DNA from: Bacillota bacterium
Lineage (GTDB): Bacteria > Bacillota > Clostridia > Christensenellales > CAG-138
Direction of reading: 5' to 3'
Length of the DNA stretch: 64,000 nt
Assembly: GCA_023399275.1 (NCBI GenBank)
Contig: JAEWQH010000117.1
Location: forward strand, 2,943-66,942
Shown: piece after piece, positions 27,398 to 35,786 of the stretch
How the letters are laid out: the number at the start of each line of letters is the position of its first letter
Position numbering within the stretch: position 1 is the stretch's first letter
The notes under the pieces: model-generated
Told to the model about the DNA's origin: nothing
Database searches by the model: none
The model's input: the letters and a program-made list of their open reading frames with translations, nothing else
Position numbers and translations under genes: made by a program

Positions 27398-28513
27398 CTA
27401 GAGCGTCTTGACGAAGCAGCGGCGGCGCTTGTGCTGAACCGCGCTAAAGCGCTCCCACTGCGCGAGGATATGCTCGTTTACCTCGAGCATCGGCCCGGTT
27501 TCCGCATAGCGTACGCCGGCCTTGATGAGCTTGTGCTGCATGTCGTCGAGCACAACTGCGTTGACGCCCTGACCCTGCAGATCCGGCCGCACGGCGATGA
27601 GCAGCAGATCCACCGTATCGTTTTTTCCCTTGAGCGCGCGCAGCAGACGCATCCAGCCAAACGGCAGGGTCTTCCCCTGCATCTTCTGCATCGCGCCGTC
27701 GAGCGCCGGACAACACACGCCGAAGGCGACCATCTCGCCCTCTTCCGTGTAGACAAACGACGTGGTGCGCCTGCCGACCATCGGGCGGAATTCGCCGACG
27801 TATTTTTCGATCTGCTCCGGCGTGAGCGGAATCATGCCAAAGAGCACGTATGCCTTGTTGTAGAGCTGGAATACGTCGTTGATCAGCGCGCGGATCGGCT
27901 TATCGCCGAGGTTGACCACGTGCAGCTTTTTGCGCTTCTTCACATAGTCCGACACGCGGCTGATCGACTCGATGGGCTCCGTCGGAAGGGTGAGCCGCAT
28001 CTCCACCCAGTCTACCTGCTTGTCGTAGCCACGGCGCGTGAGTTGGGTAAGATAGTACGGATGGTTATAATAGGTGTAGAACAGGCTTCTTTGGTCAAAT
28101 CCTTCGATCAGCATGCCCTCACGGTCCATATCCGAAAAACCAAGCGGGCCGTGCATCGCCTCGCAGCCAAGCTCCCGCGCCCAGGTTTCCACCGTGTCGA
28201 AGAGTGCATCCACAACCTCGTCGTCGTCGATGAAATCCACCTGTGTGAAGTTCATGTACTTGCGTTGAAACGACGCGTTGGCGCGGTCGTTGATGATCCC
28301 CGAAATGCGGCCTACGATCTGCCCGTCCCGATAGGCGAGAAACGCCCTGGCCCGGCAAAATGCGAAGGCCGGATTCCTGTCCTTTTGCATGTCGGCGACC
28401 TGGCTTGCCAGGATATCCGGCACATAGTAGGGGTTATCCTTGTAGAGCGTGAGCGGAAACTCCATGAACTCGACCAAGTCCTTCTTGGTCACGGCCTCTT
28501 TGATCGTTACCAC
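27398..28513 (-). CDS. GNAT-family acetyltransferase-like protein (about 370 aa type)
   Basis: Conserved blocks include FPLTLYKDNPYYVPD, GRISGIIN and LLIAVRPDLQGQGVNAVV (an acetyl-CoA-binding-like Q/RxxGxG/A motif). Confidence 0.6.
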   Translation of the reverse strand: MVTIKEAVTKKDLVEFMEFPLTLYKDNPYYVPDILASQVADMQKDRNPAFAFCRARAFLAYRDGQIVGRISGIINDRANASFQRKYMNFTQVDFIDDDEVVDALFDTVETWARELGCEAMHGPLGFSDMDREGMLIEGFDQRSLFYTYYNHPYYLTQLTRRGYDKQVDWVEMRLTLPTEPIESISRVSDYVKKRKKLHVVNLGDKPIRALINDVFQLYNKAYVLFGMIPLTPEQIEKYVGEFRPMVGRRTTSFVYTEEGEMVAFGVCCPALDGAMQKMQGKTLPFGWMRLLRALKGKNDTVDLLLIAVRPDLQGQGVNAVVLDDMQHKLIKAGVRYAETGPMLEVNEHILAQWERFSAVQHKRRRCFVKTL

Positions 28514-28543
28514 CTATTCCATCCCCCTGAAATTAAAATCGTC

Positions 28544-29524
28544 TCATTCGTTTTTCTTGACGGTGCCGTCCGGCTCTGCGGACTCCATCTGCTGCGCCGC
28601 ACGCGCGGCCGCCTTCTTGCGCTTATTCTTTTTGTGTGCGATGATCGGAACGCCGATGAGCACAAACAGCACGCCCGCCGGAATCACGGCGACCGCAAGG
28701 AAAATGCCGATGGCGCCGATGGCGTTCACCACGAAACGCGCGCTGTTTTGGAAGCCCTTCGTCATCCTGCTCCAAACGTCCGAAGCCTTCCACATCTGAA
28801 TCAGCTCGCTTTCGCCCTCCACCGCCGTCTTGGGCGTGCGGTTGAGGGTGACGTTGAGCGTGGCGTAGGACACGAGGTTGTCCCAGAGGTTCATCTGCGC
28901 GGTGTAGCTCTCGATATCCGCGCGCACGCTGGTCAGGCTCTCGCGCACGGCGAGGATATCCTCCACCGTTTCAGCCTTGGCGAGGATCTGCAGCAGCTGC
29001 TGCTCCTCCGCCTTGGCGTTGTCAAGCCGCGCCTGCATATCGTAGTAGGAAAGCGAGATATCATCCGAGCTGAGCCGGTAATCCTTCACCTTGCCCAACG
29101 CGTTGGCTGCGGTCACAAGCACCTCGAGCTGATCGGCCGGCACTTTGATCGTGGCGTAGGCATAGTCCGTTCCGCTGTCGTCCGTGGTTGAGTACGAGCC
29201 AGAGACATAGCCGCCGAGCGCCTGCGCTTTTTCGATCAGATCGCTCAGCGCAGCGCCGGGGTCGTCCGCCGTAACGGTCATATCCGCGGTGTAGATGATC
29301 TTGCGCACATCGAAGTCGCCGGCAACCTCGCCGGACTCCACCTGAGAAGCAACGTCGTTCGTATACGCGCCCGTCTCCTCCGCCTCCGCCGCAGACATAT
29401 CATACATGGCGGACGGCTCGGAATAAGCCGTGCTGCTTTGGCTCTGCCCCTTTGCCGCGCAGCCGATGGTAACCAGCAGCGTCGCGCAGAGCGCAAGTGC
29501 CACAAGCATGCGTCTCGTCTTCAT
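28544..29524 (-). CDS. DUF4349-like lipoprotein with a C-terminal TM anchor
   Basis: It has a lipobox (LLVTIGC), a coiled-coil middle region, and a C-terminal TM segment with a basic tail. AAAGGAGGAG precedes the ATG at 29524. Confidence 0.65.
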   Translation of the reverse strand: MKTRRMLVALALCATLLVTIGCAAKGQSQSSTAYSEPSAMYDMSAAEAEETGAYTNDVASQVESGEVAGDFDVRKIIYTADMTVTADDPGAALSDLIEKAQALGGYVSGSYSTTDDSGTDYAYATIKVPADQLEVLVTAANALGKVKDYRLSSDDISLSYYDMQARLDNAKAEEQQLLQILAKAETVEDILAVRESLTSVRADIESYTAQMNLWDNLVSYATLNVTLNRTPKTAVEGESELIQMWKASDVWSRMTKGFQNSARFVVNAIGAIGIFLAVAVIPAGVLFVLIGVPIIAHKKNKRKKAAARAAQQMESAEPDGTVKKNE

Positions 29525-29753
29525 ATCGATCTCCTCCTTTTGTTCCTTTGCTCGTCCTGTTCTGTCGGCGTATCCACGCCGGCATCCAACCGGAAAGCAC
29601 CGCGTGCTTTCACATAGAACACCTCGCACCCCCATGCCCGGTTGCACGGCATTGCGTCCATTTCCGGTGCATATTGAGAGGCCGCATTTTGAGACCTGGT
29701 ATAGAATACCACATTTTTTCAAAAAAGAACAGAATCCACCCGGCCAGCATTTG

Positions 29754-29778
29754 CAAAAAACCGCCTGCGCAGGCGGTT
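29754..29778 (-). terminator. intrinsic terminator downstream of the sortase gene
   Basis: ACCGCC pairs with GGCGGT in a palindromic hairpin, followed by UUUUUUGC on the minus strand. Confidence 0.6.
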
Positions 29779-29869
29779 CAACGTGTGAAAAAAACGCTGT
29801 GATCGTTAAAAAGCGCAGCTCGTCGCCCGCAACTATGCGCATCCGCCGCAGGGATCGACCGGCGCGGGG

Positions 29870-30691
29870 TCACTGCATGGTCAGCGGCGTCTCCTGCGGC
29901 GATTGCTCCGGCGTCTGCTGCTGCGCGGCGTCCGGCACCGCATCCGCAGCGACGGATGCAACCCGGCAACTCACCAGCAGCCGCCCGTCTCCGCCATCCG
30001 GCGGCACGACGCAAAAGGAGACGAGCCGGTCTTGCGCGGAGACTTTGACGTTGCTTGAAAACGCGGACGCCTCATTCAGATCATCGACAAAGGAGAGGAA
30101 CGCCGCCTCGCTGGCAAAGGAGATCGGGATGGCGCTGCGCACCCCTTCCACGCGCGCGCAGGCAAACACCTCCAGCGCCAGCTGCGATCCATCCGGCAGG
30201 AAGAGCTGTATCTCGGGGTTTCGCGCGTAGAAGTTGGGGTTTTCATACTCCCAGAGCGAGCCGAACATCGCGCCGCTCTTGAGCGCATGCCCGTAGATAA
30301 CGGTGTGCCGGTCGGAGAAGTCGCCGTTGTTGCCCGCGTCGATAAACGGCGTGCCGAGCTTGTTCCTCTTCTCGTCAAAACGGTGATTGAGATAAAACGC
30401 GTTATCCGTGGTCTTGACCACCGGCACGTCGATCGCCGTGCCTGCCAGCCGTACCCAAGCGCACACCTCGGGGTTCTCTTTTGCAAGCAGCGCAAAATCC
30501 ACCGCCTCCGCGGGCGCGGCCTCGCTCGCCAGCGACGCGTAGTAGTGATTTCCCACGGTCACGCCCATGAGCGCATACGCACCGCGGCCGATGCCATACA
30601 GCGCCGCGAGCACGAAAAGCCCGAAGATTCCATACAGCACGCCCGTGATGATCTCCGCTTTTGATCTGGATTTGCGTTTTTTCCGTTTCAT
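29870..30691 (-). CDS. class B-like sortase
   Basis: An N-terminal TM anchor is followed by IDVPVVKTTDNAFYLNHRFD, TVIYGHALKSGAMFGSL (catalytic His), VSFC (Cys) and a downstream Arg. Confidence 0.75.
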   Translation of the reverse strand: MKRKKRKSRSKAEIITGVLYGIFGLFVLAALYGIGRGAYALMGVTVGNHYYASLASEAAPAEAVDFALLAKENPEVCAWVRLAGTAIDVPVVKTTDNAFYLNHRFDEKRNKLGTPFIDAGNNGDFSDRHTVIYGHALKSGAMFGSLWEYENPNFYARNPEIQLFLPDGSQLALEVFACARVEGVRSAIPISFASEAAFLSFVDDLNEASAFSSNVKVSAQDRLVSFCVVPPDGGDGRLLVSCRVASVAADAVPDAAQQQTPEQSPQETPLTMQ

Positions 30692-30779
30692 AAGCGCAGT
30701 ATAAACCAATCGTTTTTGCTTTGCAATCGGAATGAATAACAAGAGCGGATGACCCAACGTGATTCTACGCATTTTTTCG

Positions 30780-30815
30780 ATAGAAAATGCCGATCCCATG
30801 CGGGATTTCGGCATT
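30780..30815 (-). terminator. intrinsic terminator after the kinase gene
   Basis: AAUGCCGAAAUCCC pairs with GGGAUCGGCAUU, followed by UUCUAUCG on the minus strand. Confidence 0.65.
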
Positions 30816-30875
30816 CTTATGAGATCGTGAATTAACTGTGAAGTGCGCTTTATGCAACTGCCGACGCGCGTATTG

Positions 30876-32078
30876 TCACATGTTTGCGCGCTCCAGCCGC
30901 CCCTCGAGCCACTGCTTTGCTTTGCGCGCGACAACGATCTCCTCATTGGTTGCAATGCAGAAGATCCGCACGCGGCCGCCCTGTTTCGTCAGCTCGCAGT
31001 CGGGCCTTGCCGCCTCGTTTTTCTCCGGGTCGAGCGAGACGCCCATAAAATCCAGTCCTTCGAGCGCCTTTTGCCGCACGAGCGCGCTGTTTTCGCCGAT
31101 GCCGCCCGCAAACGAAACCGCGTCCACGCCGCCCATTGCCGCGGCGTATGCGCCGATCTGCTTTTTGATCTGATAGCAGTAGCTCTCCACGGCGGTCTTT
31201 GCGTCCTCGTTGCCCTGCGCTGCCGCTGCCTCAACGTCCCGCAGGTCGTTGGATACGCCGCTCATGCCCAGCAAACCGCTCTGCTTGTTGAGCATGGTCT
31301 CGATCTGCTCGAGCGTGTAGCCGAAGTCCTTCATCAGGTAGATCGGAATATACGGGTCGATGTCCCCGCAGCGGTTGTTGTGCATGATTCCGCACTGCAG
31401 CGAAAGGCCGAGGTTGGTGTCCGCCGATCTGCCGTTGACGACGGCGCAGAGCGAGCCGCTCCCGCCGAGATGGCACGAGATCAGCTTGAAATCCCTTCGG
31501 CCCATCAACTCCGCCGTGCGCACAGATACATATTCGTGCGACGCGCCGTGGAAGCCGTAGCGGCGGATGGTGTGCGTCCTGCTCAGCCCGATCGGGATGG
31601 AGTACAGATACGCTTCCGGAGGCATGGTCGCGTGAAAACCCGTCTCAAACGAGCCGATCATCGGCGTGTCCGGCAGCGCCGCCTGAAACTGGCGGATCGC
31701 CGCAATGTAAGGCGGATTGTGGCTCGGAGCAACGGTGTTGAACGCCGCCATGGCGGAAAGCACCGCCTCGTCGAGCAACTGCACGCCGGTCACGCCCTTT
31801 GCATGCACCACCTTGAATGCCACGCAGTCCAGCGCCTCCATCGAACCGAGCGCGCGCGAAAGCAGCGCCTGTTGCATGAGGCGTATGCCGGCGGCGTAGT
31901 CCGGAATCGGCAGCGTCTGCTTTTGCGCATCAAAGCCTGCGTCCTTGTGCGTCCACGCGCCCGCCTGTGTGCCGACGCGCTCCATGCGCCCTTCGGAGAG
32001 GGTCTCCTCCGCGCCGTTCATATCAAACAGACGGTATTTCAGCGATGTACTGCCTACATTGCATACGAGAATCTTCAT
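30876..32078 (-). CDS. acetate/propionate family kinase (divergent)
   Basis: Family motifs are present (MKILVCNVGSTSLKY, RRYGFHGASH, CHLGGSGS, FAGGIGENS). Several of them deviate from canonical AckA. Confidence 0.8.
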   Translation of the reverse strand: MKILVCNVGSTSLKYRLFDMNGAEETLSEGRMERVGTQAGAWTHKDAGFDAQKQTLPIPDYAAGIRLMQQALLSRALGSMEALDCVAFKVVHAKGVTGVQLLDEAVLSAMAAFNTVAPSHNPPYIAAIRQFQAALPDTPMIGSFETGFHATMPPEAYLYSIPIGLSRTHTIRRYGFHGASHEYVSVRTAELMGRRDFKLISCHLGGSGSLCAVVNGRSADTNLGLSLQCGIMHNNRCGDIDPYIPIYLMKDFGYTLEQIETMLNKQSGLLGMSGVSNDLRDVEAAAAQGNEDAKTAVESYCYQIKKQIGAYAAAMGGVDAVSFAGGIGENSALVRQKALEGLDFMGVSLDPEKNEAARPDCELTKQGGRVRIFCIATNEEIVVARKAKQWLEGRLERANM

Positions 32079-32674
32079 GCGTTGCTCCTGTGTTTTTTGG
32101 GAGTTGCCGGCGCCTTTGCCGAAAGCTTCTCCGGCGCGCCGTTGAAAAAGACCGCGCCGAAATACGTCACCGTGTCTTTCCCGTTGAGGTAGGGAAGCCC
32201 GGCCAGCCGGGAGAGCTGCAGCACGTCCACCCCCGCCGCTTCAAGCGGGATGACCGCGCGCTGCGGATGACGGCAGGGTACGTTTTCGCGCCGTGCGCAC
32301 GTTGCGCAGCCGCCGCAGGCTCCCGCGCCGAGCGCAAAGCAGGGTAATCCGCCGTTTTCCGCAGCCGCACGCAGGCGGCAGACCAGGTGGTTATGCGCCC
32401 GTCCTGCGCGCCGCATACCCTCGATGTCAAACGAATCCTCGACCGGGTACACGCTCTGGAACACCAGCGCGCGCTCAAACGTGCGCGCCCGCTCGATCAG
32501 CGCGCCGATCTCCCCCGCGTCCGGCGGGCACATCCAGCACGCACCATAGAACCCGCAGGCGTTTTTTTCGCAGGCCGCGCGAAACACGGGGTCGAAGTGG
32601 ATCTCCCCTGTGGCTACGACGGCATACGCCGCGCCGGCTCTCTGAAGCAGCCTTTGAATCCGCACGCAGTCCAA
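32075..32674 (-). CDS. DUF2284-like predicted metal-binding protein
   Basis: It has Cys-rich motifs (CGFYGACWMCPP, CGGCATCARRENVPCRHP). The stop overlaps the kinase start codon (ATGA). The start is uncertain; I propose the TTG at 32674, and the longer ORF overlaps the upstream gene. Confidence 0.6.
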   Translation of the reverse strand: MDCVRIQRLLQRAGAAYAVVATGEIHFDPVFRAACEKNACGFYGACWMCPPDAGEIGALIERARTFERALVFQSVYPVEDSFDIEGMRRAGRAHNHLVCRLRAAAENGGLPCFALGAGACGGCATCARRENVPCRHPQRAVIPLEAAGVDVLQLSRLAGLPYLNGKDTVTYFGAVFFNGAPEKLSAKAPATPKKHRSNA

Positions 32675-32690
32675 CGCTTTTGGGGTTTGC

Positions 32691-33209
32691 CTAGACGCGG
32701 ACGACGTAGTTCGCCTTGCGCGGCGCGGGCTCGGGCGCAGGGCCGGCCGCGTAGCCCAGAATGACTTGGCCCACGCCCTCATAGTCCCCCTCGATGCCCC
32801 ATTTTTTCAGCAGGGCTTTACCTTCGTCGCTCTCAAACATCTCCTTTGCGCGGTGGATCCAGCAGGAGGCAAGTCCGGCCGCGTGCGCCGCATTGAGCAG
32901 CGTGGTGATCACGCTCGCGCCGTCGAGCAGGTAGGTGCCGCGCGAACGGTCCGCGAGTACGACGAGCACCGTCGGCGCGCCGTAGTACGGGTCGCTGTCG
33001 TTGCCAATCACCCGCGCGTTCATGCGCGAAAGCTGCTTTACCGTCGCCTCGTCCTGCACGGCGACGATGACCGGCGTCTGCCGTCCGCCTCCGGTCGGTG
33101 CATAGGTGCCGGCCTCCAGCACCTGGTCGAGCACAGCTTTGTCCACCTGTTTGGGCAGGTAGGAGCGTATGCTCCTGCGTGTTTTGAGGTTGTTCAGCGT
33201 TTCGTTCAT
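32691..33209 (-). CDS. nitroreductase family protein
   Basis: The N-terminus reads LKTRRSIRSYLPKQVDKAVLDQVLEAGTYAPTGGGRQ. GAAGGAG precedes the ATG at 33209. Confidence 0.85.
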   Translation of the reverse strand: MNETLNNLKTRRSIRSYLPKQVDKAVLDQVLEAGTYAPTGGGRQTPVIVAVQDEATVKQLSRMNARVIGNDSDPYYGAPTVLVVLADRSRGTYLLDGASVITTLLNAAHAAGLASCWIHRAKEMFESDEGKALLKKWGIEGDYEGVGQVILGYAAGPAPEPAPRKANYVVRV

Positions 33210-33243
33210 ATCATTCACTCCTTCGTGTTGATCTGTCGATAGT

Positions 33244-34800
33244 CTATTGCTCCGTCTTTCCCGGCAGTTCGGCGTGGGTATCGCTCTTGGCGTATGCCAG
33301 CACCCCGCGGATGCGCTTGGCAAGCGGCAGCGGCTTCTCAACCCCTTGCGCATACGCCAGCCCCAGCCGGCCGTAGAGCGCATTGTGCGGCACGAGCCGC
33401 CGCAGGAAGCCTGCATAGCGGAGCTTCTCCCGCGTCGACCAGCCCGTCTCCGCCGTCGCCGCAAGGCGCGGCAGCGTGTTGAAGAAGAGTTTCTTCTCCG
33501 TCTCCACCCACTCCGTCCAGATAGCCGCCTCCACACCGAGGATGTTTGCCTCGCTTCTTTTGCGCACGCCGCGCAGGGTCGGGCGGTAGCGGTAGGTCTT
33601 TTTCAGCGGTGTCAGCGCATAGGGGTAGTCGTAGTATAGGTTTGTAAACGGGCTCAGGATCGCCGCGCCGCCCCCGTTGATGCGCCGCACGGTGCGTCCC
33701 GGCCCTTCGAGGTACCACGGCGTCCAGAACTGCACAATCGCGCGCGGATCGAGCCCGCCGCAGAGTCCGTCGTTCCACACGACGGCTCTCCTGCCGTGCG
33801 CTTCGAGATGCCCGATTACGCGGTTGAGAAAATAGCCCTGCAGCTCCCGCTCATCCTTGAGCCCCTGCTCGCGCAGCACGCGCTGACAGCGCTCGCAGCG
33901 CTTCCAGTCCTCCTTGGCCGCCTCGTCCCCGCCGATATGCAGGTAAGGGAACGGGAAGAGCTCCATCACCTCATCCAGCAGCGAAAACAGAAACGCATAT
34001 GTCTCCTCGCTGCCCGCACAGAAGAGCTTCTTGGAAAAATCGGTGATGCCAAAACGCGTCGCCACCTCGACCGGCTCATGGAAACAGGCCAGCTCGGGAT
34101 ATGCCGCCATGATCGAAAGGGCGTGCCCCGGCATATCGATCTCCGGCACGATTTCGATGCCGCGCGCCTTCGCATAGCGCACCAGTTCGCGCAGCTCGGC
34201 CTTCGTGTAGTAGCCCCCGTGGGGGACCCCGTCCTGCCCCTTTACGCCGCCGTGCTTGACAAAGGTGCTCTTGCGAAATGAGCCTACGCTGTTGAGCAGC
34301 GGGAATCGCTCGCTCTCAAAGCGAAACCCCTGATCCTCCGTCAGGTGCAGGTGGAGGCGATTGTATTTATAGTACGCCAGCAGGTCGACCAGCGTGTGAA
34401 GCGTCTTCATCGGGAAAAAATGGCGGCACACGTCGATGAGGAACCCGCGCCAGCCAAATCGAGGCGCGTCCTCGATCCGGCAGCAGGGCAGCCGCCCGCC
34501 GTGCTCCGCACAAAGCTGCGCAAGCGTCGCCGCGGCATACACCGCGCCCGCGATGCCGCCCGCCTCGACGCTTACCCCGCCCGCATCCGCGCGGATGGCG
34601 TATTGCTCCGGCCCAAACGCCGTATTCTGGCAAAACGCCGCCTGCAATCCGGCCTCGGCTGGGTGCGCCTCACCCAGCTTCAGCATGGCAAGCACGCCTT
34701 CGCGCGCGCCCTCGAGCGCCGCATCCGCCTGCACCGCCACGCGGCAAAGATCGATGCTTCCCTCCAGGATCTGCTGTCCGAGCACCTGCGGTATCGGCAT
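33244..34800 (-). CDS. beta-N-acetylhexosaminidase (GH20), no signal peptide
   Basis: GH20 motifs are present (RFGWRGFLIDVCRHF, NRLHLHLTEDQGFR, HIGGDEA). Confidence 0.88.
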   Translation of the reverse strand: MPIPQVLGQQILEGSIDLCRVAVQADAALEGAREGVLAMLKLGEAHPAEAGLQAAFCQNTAFGPEQYAIRADAGGVSVEAGGIAGAVYAAATLAQLCAEHGGRLPCCRIEDAPRFGWRGFLIDVCRHFFPMKTLHTLVDLLAYYKYNRLHLHLTEDQGFRFESERFPLLNSVGSFRKSTFVKHGGVKGQDGVPHGGYYTKAELRELVRYAKARGIEIVPEIDMPGHALSIMAAYPELACFHEPVEVATRFGITDFSKKLFCAGSEETYAFLFSLLDEVMELFPFPYLHIGGDEAAKEDWKRCERCQRVLREQGLKDERELQGYFLNRVIGHLEAHGRRAVVWNDGLCGGLDPRAIVQFWTPWYLEGPGRTVRRINGGGAAILSPFTNLYYDYPYALTPLKKTYRYRPTLRGVRKRSEANILGVEAAIWTEWVETEKKLFFNTLPRLAATAETGWSTREKLRYAGFLRRLVPHNALYGRLGLAYAQGVEKPLPLAKRIRGVLAYAKSDTHAELPGKTEQ

Positions 34801-34943
34801 ATCCTTCCCCTCCGTCGCATCGCAATCATCGCATTTGTCCGATGCATTTCCATTATACCCCGCTTGCTCCCTTACGGCAACGCCGCGTGCGTGATATACT
34901 GGGTTTGAGACGGCTTATCTTTCTTCGACGGAGGTTTTTTCAT

Positions 34944-35708
34944 ATGTTTAACGCCATCATGAAGCGCGTCACTCCGATTCCGCGGCTTGCCTCGTTCGAA
35001 CGGTATCTCTTCGTCGGTCCGCATCCGGACGATATCGAGGTCGCCTGCGCGCCGAGTGTGCGCACGCTGACCCGCGCCGGGAAGCATGTTTCGTTTCTGA
35101 TTCTGACAGACGGGCGCATGGGCGCGCTCGACCCCGCGCTGTATGGTGACGAGCTGGTGAAGATCCGGCAGCAGGAGGCGCTCGCCTCGGCCGCGCTTCT
35201 CGGCGTGACGGACGTAACCTTTCTGCCGTTTCACGACGGCGGCATGTACCGCATGGAGGATGCCGCCTGTGAGATCGCAAAGCAGATCGTCCGGCTCAAG
35301 CCGGACGCGGTATTCGCACCCGATCCAAACGTGATCAGCGAATGCCACGTCGACCACATCAAGACGGGCCTTGCGGCGAAGATGAGCATGAATATGGCGC
35401 CCTTCACCGGCGTCATGCAGAGCATCGGCGCCTCCGGCAGCCACGCGGTGCAGGCGCTCGCGTTTTACTACACCGACAAGGCAAACGCTTACCTGCCGGT
35501 CGGCAGCTGCTTTTGCGCACGCGCGGAGGCGCTCGCCTGCCACAAAAGCCAGTTTGACGAAAAGACGGCCTCGAGCATCTGCATGTACTTCAAGCTGCGC
35601 TCGATCCGCTTTGGTCTGCGCAGGCTGCGCGGCCTCAGCGACGGCTACCGAACGCTCTCGCCGACGCATATGCATTGCTTCCCCGAAGCGTCGGACTGGG
35701 TCCGGTAA
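34944..35708 (+). CDS. PIG-L/LmbE family deacetylase
   Basis: It has PHPDDIEVACAP and HVDH motifs. GGAGG precedes the ATG at 34944. It is divergent from the GH20 gene. Confidence 0.8.
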   Translation: MFNAIMKRVTPIPRLASFERYLFVGPHPDDIEVACAPSVRTLTRAGKHVSFLILTDGRMGALDPALYGDELVKIRQQEALASAALLGVTDVTFLPFHDGGMYRMEDAACEIAKQIVRLKPDAVFAPDPNVISECHVDHIKTGLAAKMSMNMAPFTGVMQSIGASGSHAVQALAFYYTDKANAYLPVGSCFCARAEALACHKSQFDEKTASSICMYFKLRSIRFGLRRLRGLSDGYRTLSPTHMHCFPEASDWVR

Positions 35709-35732
35709 ACAGCTCTGGTCCACGGTTTCCAA

Positions 35733-35767
35733 ACGCAAACGCGCCGGATTTCCCGGCGCGTTTGCGT
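35733..35767. terminator. 15 bp perfect hairpin between convergent genes (no U-tract)
   Basis: ACGCAAACGCGCCGG pairs with CCGGCGCGTTTGCGT across the loop ATTTC. Confidence 0.45.
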
Positions 35768-35786
35768 GTCTCCGTGCGCATTGGAG

